From the NCBI GenBank assembly GCA_000388065.2, contig KB932201.1: a stretch of DNA of 64,000 bases, one strand, 5' to 3'. Under the pieces are notes generated by a model. That model worked only from the letters and a program-made list of their open reading frames with translations. It searched no databases and was not told the DNA's origin. The position numbers were made by a program, and so were the translations under genes. This stretch comes from Fonticula alba ATCC 38817. Taxonomy: Eukaryota; Protista; Nucleariida. Below, piece by piece: positions 52,382 through 64,000 of the stretch. Each line of letters opens with the position of its first letter. Positions within the stretch are counted from its first letter, which is position 1.

Positions 52382-54487
52382 TTACTTCTTGCCCTTTGTG
52401 TCGGTCTCCTCGCCGGTCGGGGTGAAAAGCCCCTCCAGCGGGGGAGCATCCAGGCTGAGGGCCTGTCGCAGGGAATGCGTGGCCGAACCACGGGCGAGGG
52501 GCTTCGGCTGCCCGCCGCCGCAGGAGGAACCGGCCGCCACGCGGTCGGGATCCTCCGGACTCCAGCCGTGCATGTGCAGGATGTCGAAAGTGGCCGGGAT
52601 GCTGCCATCCGGCTCGCCGTACATCTCTTTGTGTGCGCACGTACGTGTTTTGCGAATTGTCCGGCTCGCGAGTGAGTAACTGGGCACGATTGAGAATAGA
52701 TGGCCGGGGGAAAGAGCCGGCCAAAGTGAGCGAGGCAGGGAGGGGAGAAGGAAAATCCAGGCAAGGGAGGATCCCGCAGGCCCGTGACGCACCCTTGTAG
52801 ATGGCGGCCGCCGCGATCAGGGTGTCCTTCGAAAGAGATGGCTGACTGCGAGGGGGAGGGAGGGTGGGAGGCGGAGAAGGAGGAAAAGAGCATGTGTGTG
52901 TGTGAGAGAGAGAGAGTGTGTGTGTGTGTGTGTGTGCGTGTGCATGTCAGTGAATCAAGAAACGAGGGAGGCCCTGCAAGAGGGAGAGAGGAGATTGACT
53001 GCGGAACTGCGCGTGCATGTTGTGTATGTGGGTGTGTCTATCCGCACCGCTGGACATCGGCGCTGGACTCGCCCATGGCCTGGAGGTCCGAAAGAAGAGC
53101 AAACATGTCGGGGTACCGGACCACGATCGAATCGATGTCGACTAGTGGGGTCATGGCAAGCGACGCGGGCGGAGAGGAGAGAGGCGGAGGGGCGATCCGT
53201 GGGAGTGAGTGGGACCATGCCACGCGGGGGCGAGGAGCGAGGGCCACCGAGGCGGGAATGTCGCGCACCGGAGGTCATGGTAAATCCAGCACGGGTGAGA
53301 ACGCCCGGGAGGTCCTTGATGTCTGTGTGGAGAGAAGCGGAACAGAGGTCAGCTTGGTCATCTCGGGAGGCATATGACCGACGAGGATATGCGACCGTAC
53401 CAATGAGCGGGGAGATATGGGGCGACATGCCACCCTCGCGGTCAAGCTGGGCCAGCATGAGGCTCGTGCTGTCGGTACGACACAGCAAGCAGGGCAGAGG
53501 CCATGCGAAGGAGATTCAATGGGCATGAGATAAGATCGAGCAAGCCGAGAGCACCGGGCGAGCGAGGGAAAGGCGAAGATAAAAAAGTGCCGGCGGCAGT
53601 GCGTACCGCAGCTCAAAGAGCGTCTGCCCACCGAATACACAGCCGACAAACGGAGCATCTGGCTTGAGCGCCAGGCGGATCTGAGACAAAGCCCCAACCA
53701 GGTCGTTGGTCCAGTGGAGACTGAGCGAGGAAATGGCCGCATCAAAGGGGCCGTGCTGGTGCAGCGGCTCGCACAGGGCCAGCTGCTCCTCGTCATGCAC
53801 AAAGGCCATGTAGGGGACCGCGTCCTCCTGCTCAATCAGATCCTCAGTGGAGCGATCCTCCGCGTCGGAGTCCCCATCGGCGGCGGCGGCGGCGGCGGCG
53901 GTGGTGGAGGAGGCGGCGGCGGTGGTGGCGGTGGTGGCACCGGCCGGAGCACTGCCCCCCGCCAGGAGATCGGCCAGGGGGTCAGCCCCGGCGTCAGCCG
54001 GCGGGCTGGAGGCGGCCGCAGCCGCGGCGGCCTCCATCCGCTGGGTGCGCATTTCTTGGCCCCGGCGGACCATCTCCCCACTAAGCTCCACACCGTAGAC
54101 CGAGCCCATCTTCTCCGGGTCGGCAAAGCGCGCGACATGGCCAAAGCGAGCTCCAACATCCAGGACCTTCTCAAACCGGCCCATGATGTCGCGGATGCGG
54201 TCCACCGAACGCAGAGCCATGTGGTCGTGCAGGTAGGCGGCCTGCTCGGCATCCGGGTGGAAGGCCGCCCGGTCGCGCTGCAGGCGCTTGGTCTCGCGAT
54301 CGAAGACAATTTGCGCACTGCGGAAAGAGGCGCCAAGCTTGGGCTTGGAAGCCGACGAGTGCAAGTCCGGGCTGTAGGGGGTGGACCCGCTGTCGGAGGT
54401 GGGCGTCGTGGTGGACAGACTCCGGGCAGCATGGGGGGCCGCCGCCATGGAGAAGGTCCGACGGGCAAGCAGGGACCGGGCGAGCAT
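52382..54487 (-). CDS. NDUFAF5: Mitochondrial complex I assembly factor / SAM-dependent methyltransferase-fold protein, 490 aa
   Basis: Exons 54487-53607, 53468-53269, 53141-53048, 52845-52793, 52626-52382 (1473 nt). Motifs VFDRETKRLQRDRAA-like (IVFDRETKRLQRDRAA), VLDVGA, FDAAISSLSLHWTNDL, GGQTLFELR, DREGGMSPHISP, LSDLQAMGES, IPATFDILHMHGWSP; Arg/Ser-rich presequence. Confidence 0.95.
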
Positions 54488-54859
54488 ACTTTGAGGGAGG
54501 GGGGGGGGGGACAAGGAGAGAGGGGAAGAAAGCGAGGGAGTAGGGGGTCGGGGACAACACGGAGAGCGATTGGGGGGATGGACCGGAACCCCCCGGAGCA
54601 AATCCGGCAAGCACAGTCTTGAGTGTTCTCGCAATCGAGGCACCGGGGTGGAAATCTGAGCAAGGGGACATCTATTTCGGAACGACTTGGGGCAGGGGAT
54701 AGGGAGAGAGACCAGGGTGAGATACCTGTGTCCGGGGAGAAGGGAGAGCGTCGGAACGACCGCGTCGCGGTAACACGTTCCCCCCCCCCCCACGCCGCGC
54801 CGCGGGGCAGAAGCCCGAGTCGAGCGGCGGCACCTCATCATCGCGTTGAGGCCACGTGT

Positions 54860-55915
54860 TCACTCCCAGAGCTGGCGCGGGTCCGCCAGGTACTCCAGGT
54901 ACATGGCCTTGTTGTAGAGGGAGATCTCAGACTCGTTGCCTGCGCGGGGGCACGTCGTGGGGGATATGGCGGGGCCGAAGGTGAGAGAGGGGCTAGCGTG
55001 TGCGCATGCGCGCATGTGTGTGTGTGTGTGTGGAGAACAGCGGCGTGCAGACAAAGGGAAGAGAGGTGGAGGAAAAGGAGCGGGTGGTTGGGGTGGATGG
55101 AGGCGGAAAACGCACGGACACCGCTGTCCCAAAGGGACATGTGGGGGTCCAGAACGAGGTGCTCGCTGCCGGTGTTGATGATGAGGTCGCCCTTCTGCAT
55201 GGGCCAGCAGCGGAGGGGAGAGGCAGAGAGGCGGGGTGTGATCGGTAAGCACATGCAGGGCGGCAGCCGGTTGGCGTGTCGGATGAGGACCACGAACCTT
55301 GCTCATGTGGGCGGTGTGGTAAATCTTGAGGGTGTCTGAGAGGGGGGGGGGGCGATTGTCAGCTCAAAACAACACCAAGCCACAGGACTTTTCTTTCTCC
55401 CAGCGGGGAGGGCCATCGCGGGCCGAAAGGAGGGCAACATACCGAAGGTGATCGTCCGGAAGGGGCGGAAGGCACTTTCAGTGGCAATCGCTGAGGAAGC
55501 CGGCAGGATGACGTAAAGCGGCGAGGGAGACGAAGGTCAGCGGACACCGGGTGAAAGGGGGAGGGATGTGTCAATGGGCATTTGGGATGTGGCGCGCACC
55601 GGCGAGGGACATCTCCAGCAGGTCCCGCCCGGTGGTGGTCTTCAGGTTGATGTTCCGCAGGATGAGGTTGCGCGAGTTGCGGAAGGTAATGGAGCGGATC
55701 TGCCAGGCAACGAGTGATGTTAGCATCGGGGACGGGGGGGGGGGAGTCTGTGAACCATGTGCGAACGTGGGGGCCGATCGTTGGGCCCCGCGGGAGCGAG
55801 GGAGGGAAGCCTCGCGCACCACGCGGATGGTGAGGATGGCCGACTCGGAGTTCATCTGGCTGGTCATCATCGGCGGCACCGGGGTGCCAGCAGAGGCGCT
55901 GCTATCGGAGGACAT
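54860..55915 (-). CDS. UPF0538/DUF2340 family protein (C2orf76/Aim29-like), 146 aa
   Basis: Exons 55915-55820, 55699-55600, 55490-55443, 55335-55298, 55194-55116, 54939-54860 (441 nt) give LTIRVIRSITFRNSRNLILRNINL...PFRTITFDTLKIYHTAHMSK...GVRNESEISLYNKAMYLEYLADP. Confidence 0.85.
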
Positions 55916-56545
55916 GACGGCGAGGGATCTTCTGGCCGGGGAGGCGAGCGGGGGAGGGGCAGGAAGAGCGCGCGGGCAGACCGGCGAGCGGAAGGAGGGT
56001 GGAGGGCAATGGGGGGGGAGGGGGGGGGGGGGTGGACTGACTCATGACGGCAGGTGAAGGGGGGGGACGGCTCGGGGGCGGCCGAAAAAAAGAGAAAAAT
56101 CCAGCCCCGGTCTGGGCCACCGCGCAACTGCCGATGGAAGCGCCCTGACGAACCTCCAGATATGCGGATCTCCGTTGGTATTTGGGCCTTCGATCGCCCT
56201 GGTTTGATGCGGTAAGCAAGCCCCGGATGTGGCACGCTTGTACTCGGGGGCGGGGCTCTGCGTGTGTGTGTGTGTGGGTGGGTGGGTGTGTGTGTGGGTG
56301 TGGGTGTGGGTGTGGGTGTGGGTGTGGGTGTGTGGGTGTGGGTGTGAAAGAGCGAGAGGCCGTCGCGGTTTGTCGGTGCGCTGGTCCGGGATGGCGGCAG
56401 GGCAGGGCAGAGCGGGGGCGGCCACACCTTCGGCGAGGCGGGATATTCGTCAGCCGGTGCTCTGCGGCCGGGGGACTCTCCCCGGCCCGGCAGACGCCAA
56501 CCCCCCCCCCCCGCTCCTTGCCCTATTCACGTCCTCCTGTCAACC

Positions 56546-57318
56546 ATGTCCTGCCCTGCCTCGGCCTCCAACCCCACCACTGATCAGCCTGCCAAGCGCC
56601 CTCGCACCGAGGAGACCGGCCCGATTGCCACCTCGCCGGCTTGCATGGCGGCCCCGGACACGTCTGCCCCCCGGCCGCCGATGATGACGGTGCCTCCCTC
56701 GATCGAGAAGATCACCCTCTACAGCTACTGGCGCTCGAGCTGCTCGTGGCGCGTGCGCATGGCCCTCAACCTGAAGGAGCTGCCGTATGAGAACCGCCCG
56801 GTGAACTTGATCCTGGATGGCGGCGAGCAGAACAAGGAGGAGTACGAGAAGCTCAACCCGAACCGCGCGGTGCCCACCCTGGTGATGGACCTCCGCCGGC
56901 ATCCGGCCAAGAAGTGCGGCCAGCCCGACCCGGAGGGCCCGCCCATGGAGAACCCCATCACCACCCTCACTCTGACCCAGTCGATGGCCATCATCGAGTT
57001 CCTGGAGGACCTGCTGCGTGACCGTGGGGTCCGGCTGCTGCCGGTGTGCCCGCTGGCTCGCGCTCGCATTCGCGCCATGGCCCTGCAGATTGTCGCCGAC
57101 ACCCAGCCCGTGCAGAACGCCCGTGTCATCGCCCACGTTGGTAAGCCGGTTGACCAGGGCGGTCTTGGTGGCTCTGCGCCGGAGTGGGCCAACAAGTGGA
57201 TCACCACCGGTCTGGTTGGTATGTGGCCGGCCCTTCATGCCGCATGTGTTGACATTGGGTGGGTCTATTTTGTCGTCCTCTAACTCCTTGCCAACGATGC
57301 GCTCGTCCTTTCATGGGG

Positions 57319-57362
<44 letters not shown>

Positions 57363-57620
57363 CTCGCTCCTTCGCAACCTCCCTTCTTGGACATAGCCCT
57401 CGAGAAGCTGGCCATCCAGCATGCCGGCAAGTACATGTACGGTGACACCATCTCCCTGGCCGACATTTGCCTCATTCCCCAGCTGTACAATGCCCGGCGC
57501 TTCAATGTCGACCTGTCGGCCATGCCGACCCTCCTGCGTGTGGAGGCCAACCTCCAGGAGATTGAGGCCATCGCCAAGGCGCACCCGGACCTGCAGCCTG
57601 ACGCCCCGAAGCAGGAGTGA
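56546..57620 (+). CDS. GSTZ1: Zeta-class glutathione S-transferase / maleylacetoacetate isomerase, 298 aa
   Basis: Exons 56546-57218 and 57397-57620 (phase 1). LYSYWRSSCSWRVRMAL signature, LNPNRAVPTL, QSMAIIEFL, DTISLADICLIPQLYNARRF, AHPDLQPDAP. Exact start Met uncertain. Confidence 0.95.
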
Positions 57621-58405
57621 TGTGCCATCTGCCCATGTCTCCACCTCCGCTGGAGGCCCTGAGTCCCCCTCCCCGTCTCCATGTCGAGCACGCCGCCTCC
57701 CTCCGAGCTGACACGCGTACACACATGCACGCATATGTGAGCATGCCGAGGAGGCTGCTGGACATGCCTGTGTGTGAATGTGCGAATGCGTGTGTGTGCG
57801 CGCACATGCGCGTGCGTGTTTGTTCGTCTGCGCACATGCGTGTGCGCACACACGCACACATATACATATGCACGCCGCCGCGCCCATGGCCGCCTCGACG
57901 CCTGGGAAAAACCGCTCCCATCACGGTTCTGGCTTGTCTAACTGTGCCCTACAAATAAAGAAGAACCCCCATGGAGAGTAGCCAGCCTGGTGTCAAAGCG
58001 TTGGCGCCTCAGCGCGTGACCGCTCCGATCGGGCGCCTTCATATGNNNNNNNNNNNNNNNNNNNNNNNNNNNNNNNNNNNNNNNNNNNNNNNNNNNNNNN
58101 NNNNNNNNNNNNNNNNNNNNNNNNNNNGGGGGGGGGGTGAGGACGAGCTGTGGGACTGGTCAACCATGTCCGCCAATGGCCCGAATATGTCCGAGCCATG
58201 GGCCGCCAGTCGGATCGCGAGTGTTCTTTCACAAGGCCCCGAGGCAGGGACAGGGGGGGAGGGGGGCTAGAATCGGGGGCGACCCCCGTGCGGGGATGGG
58301 ATCTCCCGTGGCTCCATGACTCGTTCAAAGGCGGATCAAGGCCGCGCGGATGTGGGCCAGTCCTGATGGAGGACTAACTGCTCAGCCCGTTCCCTCTCTG
58401 GTTCC

Positions 58406-58480
58406 CCCCCCCCGCCCCCGCCCCCGCCCCCCCCCCCCCCCCCCCCCCCCCCCCGCCCCCCCCCCCCCCCCCCCCGCCCC
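58406..58480. repeat. Poly-C/CCCCCG tract (G-quadruplex-prone on the minus strand)
   Basis: About 70 nt of nearly pure C with interspersed G, upstream of the BI-1 homolog. Confidence 0.7.
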
Positions 58481-58682
58481 GGCCCCCTCCTCAGGCGCGC
58501 ATCTGCGGGCACTGGGCAAGATCGCTTCCTCGGCCGGCCCACCCAAAGGGAACTCTGGAGGCGCGCGCTCGCCGGCCCCGTCCGTAGGCCAATGCTCCCT
58601 CCTCTCCCCCACCCTCTCCCCCGAACCGTCGACCCTTCTTTACCTGTCCTCGCACAGCTCCCTTTGCCTCTCCTCTTGTGCT

Positions 58683-58716
<34 letters not shown>

Positions 58717-58722
58717 TCAACC

Positions 58723-60126
58723 ATGAATCGGCCACCGGTGTGGCCTCCGACGCAGGAGCCATCGCCCCACCTGCGCCAGCATCTCCGGCTGATCTTCCGC
58801 ACGGTCTCGGTCACCTTCCTTGGTGTGGCAGTCGGGACGGCCCTCAACATCCAAACCCCACTGCTCCGAACGGCCTACGAGACGGTGTACGGGCATATGC
58901 TGCATGTGCCGATCCTGTCCGGCATCCTCCACCTGCCGACACCTCTCTTCCAGATGGTTTTCATCGGGCTTTTTGTGCTGCAACTGTATCTGGCTTACCG
59001 GTGGCGCCGGTCACGCATTGACACGGGGGACCCGCCGGCTGCTGCGGCGGCGGCGGCGGCGGCTGCCTCCGCCGCCTCGGGCCCGGGCCCGGATCCGGCC
59101 TCCAGCTTTCGCGCGCACCTGAGCTCCTTCTTCACGGAAGCTTGGTCGACGCAACCGCCCCCGACGTCGGCCCCATCCGGGCCGGCTGACTGCGGCGCCA
59201 CCAGCCAACGTCCCACAGCCTCCACCACGGCCCAGCCCTGGTCGCTGTCATCACTGGTGACCACCCCGGCCGGGTGGATGAACCTGCGTCTGGGCACAAT
59301 CGGCCTGATGTCGGCCATGCTCGGCCCGCGCATCCTCAGCATGATTACCCCGCTCACACACCAGCCAAGCATGCTTTTGTGCGTCCGGTCGCCGGTCCCT
59401 CCCCTCCTTCTGCTTGCTTTTTTTTTTCATGCTTCACTCACTCGAGGAGGGTGCCGCTTTTTTTTTTGCCGCCCTTCTACTCACACACACTTTCCTGGCT
59501 CTCGGGCGGGGCTACACACGGCCGGGCGGGCAAAATGAAACCCACCTCAGCGGCACATTTGTCTTCCTCCTGCAGAGTGCTCTCTTCGGCATGGTGGCCG
59601 CCACGGAGGGCAACCTGCTGGCTCTGCCGCCATGGGTGTCACGTCGTGCGTGTGGGACTCCCACCATGCATCCCTCCACGCGCGATGTCGCTGGAAAGGC
59701 CACTAACCGCTACTGTCCACCCTGGCCCGTCGCCGATCCTTGTGCCTGTGCCATGGCCGGGGTCGAAACACAGTCATCGAACAGGGCTCCTCGGTGGCGA
59801 TGTTCGCCTTGCTTGGGTCCTTCTTTGCGCGGCATCTCTTCTCCTCGCACTACATGTCCTTCATGCTACCACTGGCGCTGCTTACGCTGAGCGTGTCATA
59901 TTTCTTCACCGAGTTGCAGTTCATCGCCCGCCGACACGAGTGGGCCGTGACCATGCGGCAGCCCACCCCGGACCCGGTGCTCGAGGCCAGCCGGCTGTTG
60001 CTTCACATCAAGGAGATCATCCGCATCCTGATGCTGCTGCTGTCATCGCAGTCGACGCGCGACGGTGGCCGCCGGCGGGCCGGGGCACAGGGCGGACATC
60101 ACCGGTCCCAGCGCCGCGAGGACTGA
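58723..60126 (+). CDS. Bax inhibitor-1 (TMBIM6)-like multi-pass membrane protein
   Basis: Three exons, approximately 58723-59380, 59576-59635 and 59774/59785-60126; exact junctions ambiguous. N-terminal LRQHLRLIFRTVSVTFLGVAVG and C-terminal YFFTELQFI...DPVLEASRLLLHIKEIIRILMLLL follow BI-1 TM1 and TM6/7 patterns. Confidence 0.72.
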
Positions 60127-60864
60127 CCATTTGGCCGTGTCCGGTGGGGAGACCCCCCCCCCCCCCCCCCCCCGCAATGCCCCCCTGGCGCGGCGGCCTC
60201 CTCCCTGTCCCCCCCCCTATCCCGCGAGGCCGAGGGCGCACGTACGCCGCACAGGCGCACTCACCCACGGGGCCATATGGCAATAGAATGGCATCCATCT
60301 TGTCGTACAAAGGGGAGATGGACAATTCAGACCACGGCAGCGGCGGCGGCGGCTGAACACCAACGCAACGCACGAGAGGGGTGGTCTAGTCTTGGATTTA
60401 TTGTGAAATTTGAAAGGGCCGTCTTTTTTTGTCTCCTCGTGCCACGGAGGCGCGCACAGCACAAGTGGTGGAAATATCATGCCAACACACACACACACAC
60501 ACACACACATGGCGACATGGACTTATACGCCTATGAGGAGGGAGAAGGAGGGAGGAGGACACATCTGCCAGCTGACTCGACCAGGACCCTTCGGAGATCG
60601 AGACAGCACATATGGTACATATATGCACATACACTGATACGCATGTGAAAGGCCCCATGTGTGCACTGTAACAACTACCAGAGGGGGGGGGGGTGGCAGC
60701 ATAAGTCCAAGCAGAGCAGGAGTACATGGAGGCGAGAGGGGGACTCGGCACACATGCATATTCATCATGCGCACAGGCGTGTGTGTATATGTGTGCATGT
60801 GTGTGTGTGTGTGGAGGGGCATACACACGTCCCTAGGAAGCATGCACAACACGGGCGATGGCAC

Positions 60865-63475
60865 CTAGTTCACGGGCGAGAGAACCGGGCTATCGATGTC
60901 GAAGCCCAGGGCCACCTCGCCGTCAACCCAGGAGGCCAGCTTCTTGGTGGCCGCCAGGATGAGGCCCACGAACACCGGGGAGGGCTCAAGCGGGCGCGAC
61001 AGGTACTCCGGATGGAACTGAGTAGCCACGTAGAAGGGGTGGGGGAGGACGACCTCCGGGACGGAATCGCCGTCCTTCGAGGGGATGGCGGCAGCGGCAG
61101 CCACGGCATCAGAGGCCTCGGCAGGCGAGTGCCCCTCCGCGCCAGTGGCAGCCTCAGCGGCAGCGGCAGCCCGAGCGGCAAAGGCATCCGACGGGGGGAT
61201 CACCGCGTCCAGGTGCGTGGCCGGCACCGAAACATGGGACAGCTCCAGGATCTCCATGCGCTTGCCCTGCTCGCACTTGGCAACGAACTTCATGCCAGCG
61301 GCCTCGATCTGGTCCACCAGCTCCGGGTTCACCTCATACCGGTGGCGGTGGCGCTCGAACACGGACTCCTGGTTGCCGTACAGGCGCCGGGCGATGGACT
61401 CCTCCTGGCTGACAACGAACTTGGACTCGCGGCGGCCAAGGCGCATTCCGCCGCCCAGCTTGGTCTTGGACACCTCGGGCATGTGGACAATGACCGGGGT
61501 CTTGGCCTCGGGACGGAACTCCTCCGAATGGGCGTCTGCGTGAGTGGTGTTCAAGCAGGCATGGGGGGGGGGGGGAAGAGGGAGAGGGGGAAGGGACATA
61601 TACACGCACGAGCGCATCAGGGTCAGTGCTTGGGTGGGAACAGGAAAAGATGAAGAAAGGGGGAAAAGACGGCCATACGCACCCTCAAGCTTCAGGACGT
61701 TGCGCACAAACTCCACAACGGCCAGCTGCATCCCCAGGCAGATGCCGAGGAAGGGGTGGCGGTTGAGACGAGCCCAGCGGGCCGCGGCGATCATGCCCTC
61801 GATGCCACGCTCACCGAAGCCGCCCGGCACCAGGATGCCATCCGAGCCGCAAACCAGCTGCCAAGCCTCGTAGTAGCGCAGCGGCTGGCGGATCTCCGTC
61901 TCCGGCTCCAGGTCCGACGACTCGACCCAGGAGATCTCCAGGCGATGACCGCCCACAGCCAGGGTCGCATGCTCCAGGGACTTGGTGATGGACATGTAGG
62001 AATCCCGGAGCTCGGTGTACTTGCCGACCAGGGCAATGCGCACGGCCGGCGAGCTCATGTCCCGGTCGAAGCGAGCGTTCAAACGCGACCAGCGATCCAG
62101 CAGCAGCGACTCGGCCGGCGGCGGGCCCAGGTTCAGACGCAGGCACAGCTGCGTCACCAGGCCCTCATTGCGCAGAGCCAGCGGCACATGGTAGATGGAC
62201 CGCGAGTCGGGAACCGAAATGATCTGGTCCACGCCGACATTGCAGAACATGGAGATCTTCTCCTTGATCGAGCGCTCAATCGGGATCTTGGAGCGGCACA
62301 TGATCTGAACCGAGAGCAGGGGACCACAGAACGGAAGGAGGCGCCCAGAGGGAGGGAGGGAGGGAGAGAGAGAGAGAGAGAGGAGGGGGGGACCCGCGTC
62401 AGGAAGGTCAACACACAAAGCAGGCTCAGCCGCCACCAGCAGATGCCAAAAGGGAAGGCCACAATCGGAAGCCCGACCGTGGCATCGACGCACAAAGTCC
62501 GGCATGAGGCCCAGGCCGCGGAGATCGCGCACGCTGGCCTGCGTGGGCTTGGTCTTGAGCTCGTTCTCCGCACCGAGGGCCGGCACAAGGGACACATGCA
62601 TGAAGCAGATGTTTTCGCGGCCGACACGGAACTGGAACTGGCGCATGGCCTCCACGAAGGGGGCACTCTCGATGTCGCCGACCGTGCCGCCGAGCTCGAT
62701 CACACAGACGTCCGGCTCAACGCCGGACCCGTCGACGGCCACCTTAGAAACGTCCTGGATCCACTGCTGGATCTCGTCGGTGATGTGGGGAACGACTGTT
62801 TTTTTTTCACCAGCAACGAGAGGGCGGCGGAAGGTCAGTCCCATGGTGGCATGCAGAGAAGAGCCACGCCCGAGGGGAGCCCGCGGCCGGGAAAGGGGCA
62901 AAGCCCAGCGCACCCTGGACGGTCTTGCCGAGGTAGTCGCCACGGCGCTGGACATGGAAAATGTGCAAGCACACCCCACCCGGAGAAGGAGGAGAGGCGT
63001 GGATCGACCCCGACCCCGACACACCCGCACATATATGCATGTGCGCGTAAGGACGGGCCCATACGGGGAGCACATGGGGATTAGCAAGAGAAACGCCCCT
63101 CAGGAAGCAGCAGACACACATGCGCGCAAAAACAATATGCCACGAAGAGAGCCCAAGGATCAGACGCACCTCCTTCTCGATGACCTGGTTGTACACCTTG
63201 CCGGTGGTGATGTTGTTGTTGCGGGTGGTTGTCACGCCGAGGAAACGCTCGTAGTTGCCCAGATCCAGGTCAACCTCGCCGCCATCGTCCAGCACGAACA
63301 CCTCGCCATGCTCGATGGGGTTCATCAGGCCGGCGTCGATGTTCAGGTAGGGGTCCACCTTGAGGACGGTCACATGCAGGCCGAGGGAGCGCAGCAGCAG
63401 GGCCGTCGACGATGCGATGATGCCCTTGCCGATGCCGGAGATGACACCACCAGAGACGACGATGTATTTGACCAT
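60865..63475 (-). CDS. CTPS1: CTP synthase, 644 aa
   Basis: Exons 63475-63170, 62947-62914, 62795-62494, 62304-61683, 61535-60865 (1935 nt). [70 protein letters not shown] (catalytic Cys), [15 protein letters not shown]. Confidence 0.98.
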
Positions 63476-64000
63476 GGTGTGTTGCCTGCGCGTGTCTGTG
63501 CATGGTCATGGAGGGGGGAGGGGGAGGTGGCCCCGAGGGGGAGAAGGAGAGGGCGGGAGAAGGAGGCGCGAGGATGGGGAAATGTCAGTGCCAGGCCAAG
63601 CGAGGAGGAGCGGCGAGGACAAATCCCCGAGCAAGCGAGGACGGGGGAGAGACAATCCCAAGGGAATGCACGAGGCAGACGCACTGTCAAGCGGAGGGGA
63701 GGACAGGGGGGGAAGAGCTGAGATAAAGCTNNNNNNNNNNGGGGAGGACAGGGGGGGAAGAGCTGAGATAAAGCTCTTTGGGGGGGTGGGCGGGGGGGGG
63801 CACACGGGGGGTGGAGTTCTCTCCAAGCGTCCGGGAGTGGGCTGGCGGACTTCTAGGTAAAGTGCAGCTGGGGAGGGGAGCCGGGCGTCACGGTGAAGAT
63901 GAGAGCAGGCCCCAGCCGGGGCACTGGCGAAGGGGGACATCCCTGAAATAGGTGCGCGCTCATGGTCGCATGCAGTAGGGCAGCGAAGGAGGGAGGCACG

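Noticed and set aside
13186-62493. Stopless 3n introns (78, 162, 105, 189, 147 nt) as a regulated intron-retention system
   Set aside because: They are a minority of the introns modelled here and are expected by chance at this GC content.
63696-63775. 35-nt direct repeat flanking a 10-N gap
   Set aside because: Identical copies on both sides of a gap indicate an unmerged contig overlap, not a target-site duplication or LTR.

Overview
This window is eukaryotic genomic DNA: GC-rich, intron-rich, with nine N-gaps and many microsatellites. Splice donors are mostly GTGCGT or GTACGC and introns are mostly about 65-320 nt. The proteins look opisthokont-like, and the sequence style suggests a Fonticula-like amoeba (inference, not verified). 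I reconstructed 14 protein-coding gene models by hand from splice sites, phase and family motifs: a 2xSH3/CPI/coiled-coil adaptor (CD2AP/CIN85-like), CRIP1, Lsm1, an OTU + cold-shock-domain protein, a Sec7-PH Arf GEF, Arp8, a CARMIL-villin fusion, Pirh2/RCHY1, a small membrane protein resembling ATP synthase subunit e, NDUFAF5, a UPF0538/C2orf76 protein, GSTZ1, a Bax inhibitor-1 homolog and CTP synthase. Most ORFs in the supplied track are shadow ORFs. I found no tRNA, rRNA, CRISPR array or transposase. Two genes stand out. (1) A 14-exon, 2432-aa gene joins a CARMIL-type PH+LRR head to five gelsolin repeats and a villin headpiece. (2) A ~1880-aa protein joins an OTU domain with Ser in place of the catalytic Cys to a cold-shock RNA-binding domain split by a ~140-aa insert. 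All family assignments come from recalled motifs, not database searches.
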